Origin: Octopus sinensis
Taxonomy: Eukaryota
NCBI RefSeq assembly: GCF_006345805.1
Contig: NC_043002.1
Coordinates: forward strand, 62,372,001 to 62,436,000
Direction: 5' to 3'
Length of the DNA: 64,000 nucleotides
The notes beneath the pieces were generated by a model. It had not been told where the DNA came from, searched no databases, and worked only from the letters and a program-made list of their open reading frames with translations. This document shows positions 50,255 through 62,744 of this stretch, in pieces (the first letter of the stretch is position 1; each line of letters begins with the position of its first letter). A program made the position numbers and the translations under genes.

Positions 50255-50870
50255 AACGGGCATAAGGCGTAGTGGTTAAGAGCGCGGGCTGCTAACCTTA
50301 AGATTCCGAGTTCGATTCCAAGGCAATGGCCTGAGAAATAATAACAATAATCGTGACCCTGTTCAGTCATGGATGACCATGGAATTGCACCTGCAAAGTT
50401 AACCTCCGAGGCACAAGTCCGGGCAAGGTTGTTTATGGAAGACCAGCAGTCACCCCTGCATACCAGCCAGCCTTTCCTCTCCACGCCACCGATGTTATCC
50501 AACGGAAAGGCTAAGACCGATACAGCTTGGCACCAGTGAGATTGCAACTCATTTCTACAGCTGAGCGAACTGAAGCAACGTGAAAGGAAGTGTCTTGCTT
50601 AAGAACACAACATGCAGCCTGGTTCGGGAATCGAACTCCCAACCTCAGGATCGTATGCTCGACGCTCTAATCATCGGAAAAATACCTTAGGAATGAGAAC
50701 CCAGGTTCGAAATTCTCCCAAGGACATCTGATGAAGGCTGGAGAGTACAGCAGCGAAAACGTTGTATAGACAACAAAGAAGATGAGGACAAATATCCGTC
50801 AAATATAAATAATGTAAATAATGTAAAATAATGCACAGAATTCCTCGTCTCTGAAATATAGAACTTTATA
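50255..50870 (+). mobile_element. Second tRNA-head/(AAT)n/hammerhead composite, split by a nested SINE
   Basis: Head at 50262-50335. The tail resumes at 50673 (ATCGGAAAAATACCTTAGGAATGAGAACCCAGG), with CTGATGAAGGCTG...CAGCGAAAACGTTGT at 50728-50765. Confidence 0.78.
50353..50667 (-). mobile_element. Meta-domain-like SINE nested in the composite
   Basis: TGTGTTCTTAAGCAAGACACTT...CTCAGCTGTAGAAATGAG. TAATC flanks both sides. Confidence 0.75.
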
Positions 50871-50879
50871 TAAAATAAA

Positions 50880-51216
50880 ATTGTAACCTGCGTGACACAA
50901 CTGACACTCAGTCGGTTAGAATGAAGAGAATTCCAGTTCATCCGATCAGCGGAACAATTTGGTCGTGAAATGAACGTGCAAGTAGCTGGGCACTTGACAG
51001 ACACGTGTGCCCTTGATGTAGACCTTGAGAGAGTCAGCGTGACACAGAATGTGACAAGGCTGGCCCCTTCAAATACAGGTACTACCCACATTTGCAACTT
51101 AAGTGCACTAGAGCGACGTGAAATGTGTTGTTGAAGGACACAGTGCTGTGTTGGGAATCGAACCCACGACTTTGTGATCGTGAGCCGAATACCCTAGTCA
51201 ATAAGCCATGCGCCTT
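50880..51216 (-). mobile_element. Meta-like tRNA SINE with the tail shared with 37640-37985
   Basis: GGGTTCGATTCCC B-box, CTGTGTCCTTCAACAACACATTTCAC and the shared tail. Confidence 0.7.
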
Positions 51217-51484
51217 CGTAGCGTGACAAAAAATGTTACAGCAGACACGACTTTTGTCACAGGCATTTTTCAGCAAGGAACATCTGCAGCCCATCATAAC
51301 ACAGAACACAAAGCCAAACCAGGTATAATATTTTCATTGATATGACCACCATTGCATATAGAAATTATTTATAAAGAGATACAAGAATTTTAACTAAATA
51401 ATTTTTATTAACAGCAAAATAATATTTTAAAAAATAGTAAATTAAGTAAGGAACTCGTGAATAATTCTACGAAAGGTTACACGG

Positions 51485-51682
51485 ATATACATTGAAATAT
51501 TCTTTCTACTGTAGGCTGTGGGGAGAGGCTAGTCGGATACATGGACTCCACTACAACGGTGCTTATTTTATCAAACCCTAAAAGATAAACGACAGGAGAA
51601 TTTGAACTCAGATCGTGAAGACGGATGAAATTCTGCTTTGTAGTTTCCCGGTATGCTAATGATTCTGCCAGCTCCCTGCCTT
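51485..51682 (-). mobile_element. Degenerate Nin/Deu-like SINE
   Basis: The reverse complement gives a GGCAGGGAGCTGGCAGAATCATTAGC head. Confidence 0.7.
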
Positions 51683-53299
51683 CTGAATATTTTATGAAAT
51701 ATCTTATGAAAATAATCATGTGTTAGAGGTTACTTTAAGGGTTTTTAACTATGATTATGTAAAATACAATTTTTCCTATATTCTCTTGATTAAGAATATG
51801 AATATCACTTCCTTGTGCAAGTGCTGTCAATCGAAAGTGTGACATTCAGGGTTCTAAAAGCTTTTATGGGTCATCAGGAGAGACTAAACCATCTCGAGAC
51901 CTTCTGCACAGCAGCTTTATAGCTCATCGTTCGCACCTTAATTATATGAATGCACAGGTAACCGGATCGACTGACTGGTATTTTACCTTATGTCCTTGAT
52001 TCCGGATCATTAGCACCATATGAACTGAGGAGTTCTGCAGATAACTACCTCATGCCTATACACCACTATTCTAACCAGGTTTTAACGTCGCTCTTCACCC
52101 ATATCTACTGACTAGCCCACTTAACTGTTGACTATCTTTCTTTCGAGATGGCCTTTGTTTGACGATGATACACGCTGATTGATATCACCCACCTAAGCAA
52201 GTCAAGGTCAAAAAGAAAAAAATGCCACGTTCAACATTTTTTAGAACGTGACGCCGAAAAGTTCTCGAAACTTTAACTGACTTTGGAACATTCATATCTT
52301 GAGTATAATGTTTAAATGGAATCTACCAAAAACGCACAAGTACCTGTGTGCAATATTCTTAGTTAGAGCGACGTATCACAACTGCTATGTTCTATAGATC
52401 TAAATGTATATAATACAAAACACACATACCTGCAAGAAATCTGTAATGTTTTCTTTCTCTTCTTTTTCCTTTTACTAACATTTCATAGTATTTAGGTCAG
52501 GCTGCTACATTGTAAAGCTTTCCTTTGTGTTTTGTTCCGTTCGTTAAGAAATAATGTTTGAAACTTAAACGATTAATATATTTCAAGTACACACCTGAGA
52601 AAACTTCCAAATACAATGGCGTGAACATTAAACATGGTTTTATATATATTCGCTTGTAAGAATGTCCGTTGGGACGGAGACTTAAATACATACCGTACCT
52701 CAGGAATAAATAGGCAAATTTTCAATTGTTCATTAACGTCTTATGTTCAGAATTTAATCTTATAAAATCTTTGAAAGAACGCACAAATTTGGAATCTTTT
52801 CTTATTCAAATAATTGTTATTCATAGAATTTTAGCTTCGTTTAAGAATTAATGTAGGCATGTACGTTTGCTTATAAATATATGCGTATTTATTACATTTG
52901 TAAGTATGTACTATAAGTTTAATTGTATTTCAGTATAAATGTATTATGTAAATATGTGCATATGTATTATATAAATATCATATATATATATATATATATA
53001 TGCATTTCTTTATATATATAAATATTTGGCAAACATATACACAATATGTATGTTTGCAAATATATTAAATGTGTGTATCTGTATGTGTACATTTATACAC
53101 ACGTTTGTGCACACAGACAACACGCATACACACACGTGTGTATGTATATGTATTATCCTATTATTTATGAATATATTTGTACACGTAACTGTGCATTATT
53201 TCTGAATGCATGTCTAATTTTTACATTTTATTTTTTATTCAATATTATTTATTCGTATGTATACCAGTACACTGTACATTAATATATACATATACATCT

Positions 53300-53341
<42 letters not shown>

Positions 53342-53787
53342 CATGCACACAGATATATATATATATATATATATAAACATATATATAGCTAGCTAAATAT
53401 GTTTAGGTATGTAAGCATATAAATATCTGTGTTTTGTGTGAGTGTGTGCATATGTGAATGTATGTGTAAATGTGTGTGTATATGCATGTATATGCGTTCA
53501 TATTTGTTGGCATGTAGAAATATAATAGCGGTATTTCATATAACGTATTTTTCAGACAACAGAGAAATGTTGGTAGTTTTGTTGCCAAGTTCTCTTGCCA
53601 AGGAACACCAACACAGTTTTTAGATTGTCCACATTGCATAAATAAATAAAAACAACAGAAGGCATGTTTACATGCACACAGACATGTGTGTGCGTGCGTG
53701 TGTGTGCATGTTTGTGGGTGGGTGCATTTTTCTTTGCGCTATATTCTTTTTTTTTTTTCCTGTTCGCAGAATTCAAACCTGTCACAA

Positions 53788-54592
53788 GGCGGCGAGCTGG
53801 CAGAAACGTTAGTACGCCGAGCGAAATGCTTGGCAGTATTTCGTCTGCCGTTACGTTGTGAGTTCAAATTCCGCCGAAGTCGACTTTGCCTTTCATCAAT
53901 TCGGGGTCGATAAATTAAGTACCAGTTACAGACTGGGCTCGATGTAATCGACTTAATCCGTTTGTCTGTCCTTGTTTGTCCTCTCTGTGTTTAGCCCCAT
54001 GTACGTAGTAAAGAAATAGGTATTTCGTGTGCCGTTACGTTCTGAGTTCAAATTCCGTCGAGGTCGACTTTGCATTTCATCCTTTTGGGGTCGATAAATT
54101 AAGTACCAGTTACGCACTAGGATCGATGCAATCGACTAAATCTCTTTGTCTCTCCTTGTTTGTCCCCTCTATTTTAGCCCGTTTTGGGCAATAAAGAAAT
54201 GAGAAACGTTAGAACGCCGGGCAAAATGCTTAGCGGTATTTCGTCTGTTTTTACGTTCTGAGTTCAAATTCCGCCGAGGGCGACTTTGCCCTTCATCCTT
54301 TCGGGGTCAATAAATGAAGTACCAGTTGCGTACTGGGGTCAATCTAATCGACTAGTCCATTCCCCCAAAATTTAGGGCCTTGTCCCTAGAGTTGAAAAGA
54401 AACGTTAGAACGCCGGGCGAAATGCTCAGCGGTCTTTCGTCTGACGTTACGTTCTGAGTTTAAATTCGGCCGAGGTCGACTTTGCCTTTCATCCTTTTGG
54501 AGTCGATAAATTAAGTACCAGTTACCTACTGGATTCGATCTAATCGACTGGCCCCTCATCAAAAATGTCGGGCCTTCTGCCTAGACTAGAAA
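53788..54592 (+). mobile_element. Nin/Deu-like SINE array of four units from two tail subfamilies
   Basis: Units start at 53788, ~54018, ~54201 and ~54400. The first two have TTGTTTGTCC tails and the last two have CCCCAAAATTT/GGGCCTT tails. Confidence 0.88.
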
Positions 54593-54862
54593 ATTTCAAA
54601 CCGGTCACTAACAAAGTAGCAATCGTTTTTGTTTTCGTCTGGCTACTTCCTGGGCCTCTGGACTGGTGGACGTAGGCATATATATGTGCGTGTTGTATTT
54701 CATGTACATAAACATACTTTTCTTGGCTTGGGTATCTCAATAGAACATGTTTTCATTTCATCAGTGTCCATGTTTGTGAGGACGTATGTACTCTATGTTT
54801 GCATGTGGTTGTACGATTCATCCAGGTACCCCAAATTGAGAATCATTGAAAAGTTTCACAAA

Positions 54863-54919
<57 letters not shown>

Positions 54920-55480
54920 GAGTGAGCGAGCAGAGCATGCCATCAAAGTGACACTGGGGTAAAATATACGAAGCCCAGTATACTCATCATGACTACCCGT
55001 CTGATAAGGGTACACCAGGCACATGCATCACAACCATATGTGCGCGACATGGTGATCTCATATCAAGATAAACAGCACATGACCTTGCAGGTGGGGCCCA
55101 GTTAGAATTTTCTTCAGATCGAGTAACCCATCCTGCTCAAAAGGTCCCTGAATAAGGGTTGTTTAAGGATGTTGAACGAAACACCCATGTTTTCAGAGGT
55201 GAATTATTCAAACCCCAAAGAATCCCTCTCAACACACGGCTATGATGCTCCCCCACTACTTCTGCTCGTGATCAGAGATGCACATATATATTGTCAGCCA
55301 CCAAGGGACATGCACAACTGGTTAAGGTCAAACAACTGACAAGCAAATCTGTGGTATTGAGCAGAATATTTGCTGTAGCCCGTCTTTTATACCAAGACAA
55401 AACAATGTACATGATAACACTTCCAATCAGTTAAGATCAGAAGCCATGAGAGCCACTGCCTGGTACTGCATCAGGGCATT
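54920..55480 (-). mobile_element. ~560-bp non-coding element inserted in an (AAT)n tract
   Basis: Flanked on both sides by (AAT)n in minus orientation, with no convincing ORF. It lies in the AAT tract of a tRNA head at 55545-55604. Confidence 0.55.
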
Positions 55481-55544
55481 TATTATTATTATTATTATTA
55501 TCATCATCATCATCATTATTATTATTATTATTATTATCATTATT

Positions 55545-55604
55545 CAGGTCACTGCCTCGGAATCTTGGGGTTAGTAGCCCTTCGCTTTTAAACACTACGC
55601 CATA
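55545..55604 (-). mobile_element. tRNA-like head of the composite family, followed by (AAT)n
   Basis: The reverse complement reads CATATGGCGTAGTGTTTAAAAGCGAAGGGCTACTAACCCCAAGATTCCGAGGCAGTGACCTGAATAA. Confidence 0.7.
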
Positions 55605-55780
55605 TGCTCGTGGGTATGCTCAGGACGGCTAGAATGCCAGTGACTGTAGGCGCATTTGGAATGATCAGAAATGCAGCTGAAAATTCCTTTAGCATGATCC
55701 TTGGCTTACCATTCCAAGCAAGAATTGCAAAAGATTGTTTTAACTGGTACGTCACGCGTATTGAGAGAAGCATTTTCGCT
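55605..55780 (+). mobile_element. R4/Dong-like C-terminal fragment
   Basis: MPVTVGAFGMIRN and, after a frameshift, ELQKIVLTGTSRVLREAFS. Confidence 0.7.
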
Positions 55781-56224
55781 GGGAATTTCTTTCCTTCTTT
55801 CCTCTCTATTCTCTTTGATTTCTTTATTCTTCTTATTTCTATTTTATTTTCATTTTTTTCTCCTTTTAATTTTTTTTATTTTTCATCTGTTCTTTCTTTC
55901 TTTCTTCTTTCTTTCTTTCTTTTCTTTTCCCTATCAATTCTATATGAACAATGTATACAGTGACCAATGCATACCACTGTATACAGTGAGTGTTTCTGCG
56001 CTAGGTATCTGGAAGACATTTGACAAGAAATGGAAGCAAAATACAAACACTACTAACAACAACAATAACAAAACAACAACAACAACAACAACAACCACAA
56101 CAACAACTACAACAACAACAACTACAATAATAATAATGATACTAATACTAATACTAATAATACTAATACTAATACTACTACTACTACTACTAATAATAAT
56201 AATAATAATAATAATAATAGTAAT

Positions 56225-56520
56225 TTTGAAATCGGAAAAATTTGGAGTAGGAGAAGAGTAAAGGTCGTGCCTATAAAAATTGGTGCGTTGGGAACAATAA
56301 ACCAAAGTATAAACAAATGGTTAAAAGAGGTCAAAATTGAATGTCTTGTGGAACTCCTACAGAAAGTTTGTTTCTTAGGAACAGTAATGATTATCAGGAG
56401 GCGTCTAAGTATTTGACATACGACTGAAAACTTATGGAAACCTAAGTTTACAGGTAGTAACCCGTTACCCACATACTTCCTATCAGAAATAAGAGCGAAA
56501 CTCGGTCAATAATAATAATA
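56225..56520 (+). mobile_element. R4/Dong-like 3' fragment between (TAA)n tracts
   Basis: IGALGTINQSINKWLKEVKIECLVELLQKVCFLGTVMIIRRRLSI*, then a short UTR and (AAT)n. Confidence 0.8.
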
Positions 56521-56796
56521 ATCCTTTCTACTATAGGCACAATACGTGAAAATTCGGGAGGGAGCGCTCGTCGATTACCTGAACCACAGTATTCAACTGG
56601 TATTTACTTCATCGATCACGAAGGGATAAAAGAGTTCGCCGCACGCCGGACAAAATGCTGAACGGCATTTTGTTCGTCTCTATATGATTTGATTTCAACT
56701 TCAACCGAGGTCGATTCAACTTTCCAGTCATGTAATGGAGTCTATGCAATCGGGTTAAAAAATTACTGGCCTTGAGCCAAAATTTGAAACCAATAT

Positions 56797-56890
<94 letters not shown>

Positions 56891-56936
56891 GGTGGTGGTG
56901 GTGGTGGTAGTAGTAATAGTAGTAGTAGTAGTAGCA

Positions 56937-56975
<39 letters not shown>

Positions 56976-56991
56976 ATGGTGGTAGTAGTAA

Positions 56992-57028
<37 letters not shown>

Positions 57029-57054
57029 GGTGGTAGTAGTAATAGTAGTAGTAA

Positions 57055-57113
<59 letters not shown>

Positions 57114-57175
57114 ATAGTAGTAGTAGTAGTAGTAGTAGTAGTAGAGTAGTAGTAGTAGTAGTAGTAGTTGTAGTA
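56797..57175. repeat. (TAG)n/(TGG)n microsatellite
   Basis: Seen directly in the sequence. Confidence 0.97.
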
Positions 57176-57419
57176 GGAGTAGGAGTAAGCTCAAGGCAGA
57201 AGCGCAGATCCGATATCTTTGATACGAGAGCTGCACAGAATTCAGTGAAACAGTGTTTTTAATTAAACTGTAAATCGAAAATGTAATGAGAAATTTGACT
57301 CATTTCAGGCGTGGAATTTATTTCACGGCGCAGAGTATTGCTAAAGGTATAGATACGTGCCTACATGTTTATTCCTACACATATATCAATATATAAATAT
57401 ACATACATACATACATACA

Positions 57420-57482
<63 letters not shown>

Positions 57483-57869
57483 ATATATATATCTGTGTGA
57501 CTGTATGTGTATGTATTTATGTTTGTATAAATATATATACATGTATGTATATAAATATATATATGTACATATACACACACACTTAAATCTACGATTATAT
57601 GCTTATATATAAATATATATAGAAACGTGTGTTTATATGTGTATATATATATATATATATTTATATAATCAAAATATACATATGTATATATATACCCTCA
57701 CACATAAACCTACAAATATATGCTTAAATATAAATATATGTAGAAATGTATATCTTTATATATATAGAGAGAGAGAGAGAGAGAGCGAGAGTAAGATAGA
57801 AATGTGCGTGCGTATGCATATATATACTATCAAAACGTACATTTATATATGTGTGTGTTTGAGTTTGTT

Positions 57870-57917
<48 letters not shown>

Positions 57918-58336
57918 TGTGTGTGTGTGTGTGTGTGTGTGTTTGTGTGTGTGCTTACATACAGTTATACATATTCAGCAGCGTTTTCTACAATGTGCGG
58001 AAAAGCTTTAATGGATTGAACTAACAACTTCTTTCTTCTTTTCCTGATGTAATACAAAAAGAAAAAGAAAATGAAAAAAGAAAAAGAAAATGAAAAAAGA
58101 AAAAGAAAGAAAGGAAACAAGAAAGAATGAAAGTATCATAAAATAAATGCAATGAAAATTTGAAAAAGATGTGTATTGAAAAAAAAATAATGAAAGAGGA
58201 AATACAAGTAAATACATGACAGAAAACATAAACAAGCACCGCCGAAAATATATATAAAATAAAACAATAAAAATAATATTTAAACATAAATGTGTATGTG
58301 TGTATACAATCATACATACATACATACATAAATATG

Positions 58337-58384
<48 letters not shown>

Positions 58385-58776
58385 ATTATATATATATATA
58401 TACACATAAATTTATATATTCATATACATGTATGTATATGGATGTATATGTATATTTTATGCGAGTATGTATATATATATATATTATATATATATATATA
58501 TATGAGTATATATATATATATACACACACATATGTATGTATATATATGTATCTGGTGAGAGAGAGAATAATATTTACAAAAGAAAGTAAACAATTTAGAT
58601 TATGTAAAAGAAAAAATAGAAGCATTAACAATAAAATAAAGCAAACAAAAATTATAAGACAGTAAAAAAAATTAAATATTTTGATGCACAAAGAAAAGCA
58701 TTAAGAAATTATGAGAATGCGACCGAGAGAGAGTGAAAGAAAAACTGTACTAGGAAGGAAAGAGAGAAAACTATAC

Positions 58777-58834
<58 letters not shown>

Positions 58835-59769
58835 TGAATGAGAGTGAAATGTGTAAATCTGAATCTCAAATAAATACATGTTATATTCTAAAATAGTAAA
58901 AACCTGACTGATTCTTCCATTACACTTGATAATCTTCTGAGGAAAGAAACCATTAAGAGAAATGTTAAAACAGTCGCTGATTTGTTAACAGAAAAAGGAA
59001 AAGAATAAATGAAATTTTTCCCCCCTATTATTATTATTTTTCTTGTTTTTTTTTTTCATTTGTAGAATTCTATTATGAATTAAAAGTTGGAGAAGAGACG
59101 TTGGGTAAAAGACAGAAAGAGAGAACGTGAGAGACTGGTGGTAGGAGAGGGTGAGCGAAAGAGAGAGGTGGGAGGACATGAGAGAGACCGATGAAAGGAG
59201 AGATTGAGCGAAAGAGTGAGGTGGGAGAGAATGTGGGAGGGCATGAGAGAGACAGATGGGGAATGAAGAACGAGATATGGGGGTGGAGCTTTAGAAAGAT
59301 GGATGAGTAAAGATGAGAATATTGACATTTATATTCTACAACAAACGGTTTCGCGAAGAGAAGAGACAGACTGAATACGAGACCAATATTTTAAATAACG
59401 AACACTAGGAGTTGAAGAAGATGAAGAAGAAGAAGAAGAAGAAGAAGAAGAAGGAGAAGAAGAAGAAGGGCATCTATTCTTGGAAACTCTCCGAACTAAT
59501 GGCTTTAGGATTAATTTCCGCTGCTTGTACTGTTCCTTTTTTTAAAATCTCTTTTCATCTTTAATATATCAATATTTGTGTGCAATAGATCGGTAGAGCA
59601 ACGGAAAATCTCCTTACTCAATTTAGGTACGTCTACTAATTTTTGGTTCAAACCAAGTCTAGATTGATTTTGTATCCATTTATTTCGAAAACAATAAAAC
59701 AAAGTACCGACAAGTTTTGGAGAAAGGTTAAAAATTGCTTTTAACACATCAAACGAAACCCAGGCTACC

Positions 59770-60510
59770 TGAGCTCCGATAATTGGCAGTGATTTGGTCG
59801 GCGAATCCTCTACGACGATGCCACGGATCACACTATCCCAAAGCGTGTTTGCATATAACCGGGGACCACATGTGAACTTGTATTCCCACTGAAAGATCGA
59901 ACCTGAACTCTACACTTCAGCAACGAATGACGACTACAGCTGCGGCATCCCCGTTATCCGACGCACTTGCTCTTCTTCTGGGGCATTTATTGGGCCACAA
60001 GCAGAAGCATTTTGTCAACGATGGCTAATTAATGGATGTAGTCAGCTTTTGTGAGGGACGTAGTGACTTGTTCGGAGTCTACTCAAACCACTTCGGTGGC
60101 ACAACACTTTGCCCCTTTGATCAAAGGGTATTTATTCATTGTTGTTTTACGAATTAGTTCTTAAGCATTTGTTCTAGAAGGCGAAGGAATTGAGAAATAC
60201 CCTGCTCTAAGTGGTCGAGAGTACACAATGTCAGCATACCCGGTCATTGGCCACGTGTTGCTGTCAGACACTATTAAAATAGAAGTTTTCGGCACCGTTC
60301 TGATAGAACAGTGATGACAGGAGCGCACGTTAAAGAGAACAAATTGGTGAGGCTTTTCACGGTTTACCTCCGTATCAGCCAATGCCGTATATTGCTAAAC
60401 TGATGAGGTTATTAAGTTTCATTAGTGTAAATTACAAGTCAAGATCGATGAAGTCAGGAACCCGATCACCAGCATAGAAGCCAGCAGAGATAGGTATCCC
60501 TGAGGAAATG
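59770..60510. other. Unique, relatively GC/CpG-rich segment with several splice-bounded open frames (possible exons)
   Basis: Minus 59771-59890 is a phase-0 frame WEYKFTCGPRLYANTLWDSVIRGIVVEDSPTKSLPIIGAQ between tctttcag and CAG|gtagcc. Plus strand also has TNDDYSCGIPVIRRTC...FCQRWL and EGEGIEKYPALSGREY. Strand is unresolved. Confidence 0.25.
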
Positions 60511-61223
60511 CACAGAGAAGGTAAATGACTGAATTGCTTCCGTTTTGTATTACCATCTTTCTAACTGGCCTCACCCTCTTTTCATCTGACTAAATTGGAG
60601 CGTCTGCAAATTCGTTTCTTTTCTAAGGGGTGTGGTTATTTCTAGAGGAAGATTACCTCTTCTATCAATAGTCTCGACTCTTTGCTTCAAAAGTATTAGT
60701 TAACCGTGACTTATGATGCACAAGTCATTCTAGGTACAACTGAATGGGAAATGGGTGTAGGCGATGACTCTCTGGCACATTTATCTGCGGTTTTTCTCTT
60801 TTACAGAGCTACAACTCTAGGCTAACTAGGGCGTCGAGTATCTATAATGCACTCCAACTCATGGTTCCGTATTAGTCTTTCTTGCAGTTATATTGACGAT
60901 GATCTAAATTCAAACCTTGCAATAGATAGATGGATAATGGAGCGCACACACTCTTTTTTTAGTGAATAAGAAAGCAGTATGGCGATTGGAAACCAGAAAA
61001 GATTGTTATGCCACGTAAGTGCTAGATAATGAATGATCATCAAAGTATTGACAAAACTCTTGCTATATAGGTATCACACAAATAATCCACATTACCGACA
61101 ACCCGAGAGCATAATACTTCAGCAAAATACTTTCAAGTTGTCGTCAAATCTCATGATTATCCTAAGAGAATTCTAAAGAGAATCCATGAAGATTTATCCC
61201 TGTTGAATGATAATGGGTCATCG

Positions 61224-61323
61224 CATTGTTTTGAAACCTCTGACATATGTGGACAACCTACTGAAGGCAACCGTGGTTGGCTTCAGTAGGTTGGCCACAT
61301 ATGTCAGGGGTTTCAAACCAATG
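61224..61323. repeat. 100-nt near-perfect palindrome (49-bp stem, 4 mismatches, 2-4 nt loop)
   Basis: CATTGTTTTGAAACCTCTGACATATGTGGACAACCTACTGAAGGCAACC gt GGTTGGCTTCAGTAGGTTGGCCACATATGTCAGGGGTTTCAAACCAATG. Confidence 0.95.
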
Positions 61324-61329
61324 TAGTTC

Positions 61330-61530
61330 AGCAAACCAACACCAGTTGTCAAGTGTGGTGGGGATCGACCAACAAGAAGCAGAAAGACATACACACGTAT
61401 TCACACGCATATACATATACACATACATACATATACACATACACTTGCCCAAGGTACTGCGTAGTCGGACTGAACCCGGGTCCACATGGTTACAAAGCCA
61501 GCTTCTGAATTGCAAAGTTATGCCTGTCCC
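61330..61530 (-). mobile_element. Degenerate CORE-like SINE
   Basis: ACACTTGCCCAAGGT core and GGACTGAACCCGG B-box complement. Confidence 0.65.
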
Positions 61531-62744
61531 TGTTCGGATTTAAAAGCAATAAAATACTTCTTCAAAAACCTATTCATATTTACAGAATAACAAAAGCTCT
61601 TAAACAAGATAGACAATGAAAACAAACTCATCGTTTATAGTCGTCTTGTACAAATCCATCGGAGCAACATAGATGGGCAAATTAACCAGAATGACAAATG
61701 ATGTCCACAAAAATATTACACGTCAGACAGACTTAGATGTTTCCCCAAGAATCAACCATCATCATATTGAATGACCACAGAAAGAATTCTTGCATTATAA
61801 ATGCCAGATATTTTGGAGTAGTTAGAAAAATAAGAGGTCCACAATCAAGGAATTGAAATATAGTATGTAAAAATTATAAAATTAAAGAAAACCCCACAGA
61901 CAGGACAAGATTTAACGCACGTTTTTTAGTTTGGCATTTAAAAGGGAAAGGTTTGACAATTCGGACAATTCATCAGGAAAAAAAAAAAACAGAGGGAAGA
62001 TACATGCAGGAGGAGAATATGAAAGAAAAAGCGGTTGAAGTAATAAAAAATATCTTCATATGATCCTTCAAGGCCCCAAGATTTTTTTCTAACAGAAACT
62101 CCTAAAATATTCCCTTTTTGTTACATAAATATTTCCTCCTTCCATCGTACTCCTTTTCTTCTCTCACTTCTCAAATAACCATATCTCACCTTCATAACCC
62201 CGCATAGACTTATACTAAACTCTCCATATTCCTCTTTCTCTTTCACATCACACTCAAGTCCGCTTCCACAGCTTCCTTTCACGCAGTCCTCGTGCACAAT
62301 ATGATGCACATAGAGGGCAACAACCTGCACTCCCATCAATAAACGCGACTACATTTCAACACATGCAAATCTTTACACACAAAAACACCCCCTCCCCAAA
62401 TACCACACACACATTTTGCTCCTTTATACTATCTCAGTGTATACTTACACTCCTATAGCCGCACACATTTCATCCCTTATCCGTTATTATAGCTCAACCC
62501 TATAGAACCAAATACCCATCTCTGCAACTTAACAATCTCGCCCGCTTTTCTTCTCTCGAATTTACATTTAAAATGTCTTCCTATAATTTTCTTGCATATC
62601 TTTCATCTGATACAAGACTGGTGTCCCAAACCCCGGAAATTTGCCCCTTCCTTTTACGCGTTGAGCATACTCAACATTTGCTAAAACTTGCTCCACTTAG
62701 GTTGTTTTTATCGTTTTGTCTTCATTATTTTCAAAATGACTGAG

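Noticed and set aside
54920-55480. HDV-like ribozyme at the element ends
   Set aside because: I could not identify the P1/P2/P3 nested pseudoknot by eye on either strand.
59410-59545. Poly-Glu protein segment
   Set aside because: It is a (GAA)n microsatellite with a short frame and no splice support.
60161-60382. PstS/DING-like motif (TWPMTGYADIV) suggesting horizontal transfer or contamination
   Set aside because: A single short motif, no other phosphate-binding-protein features, and no prokaryotic gene structure.
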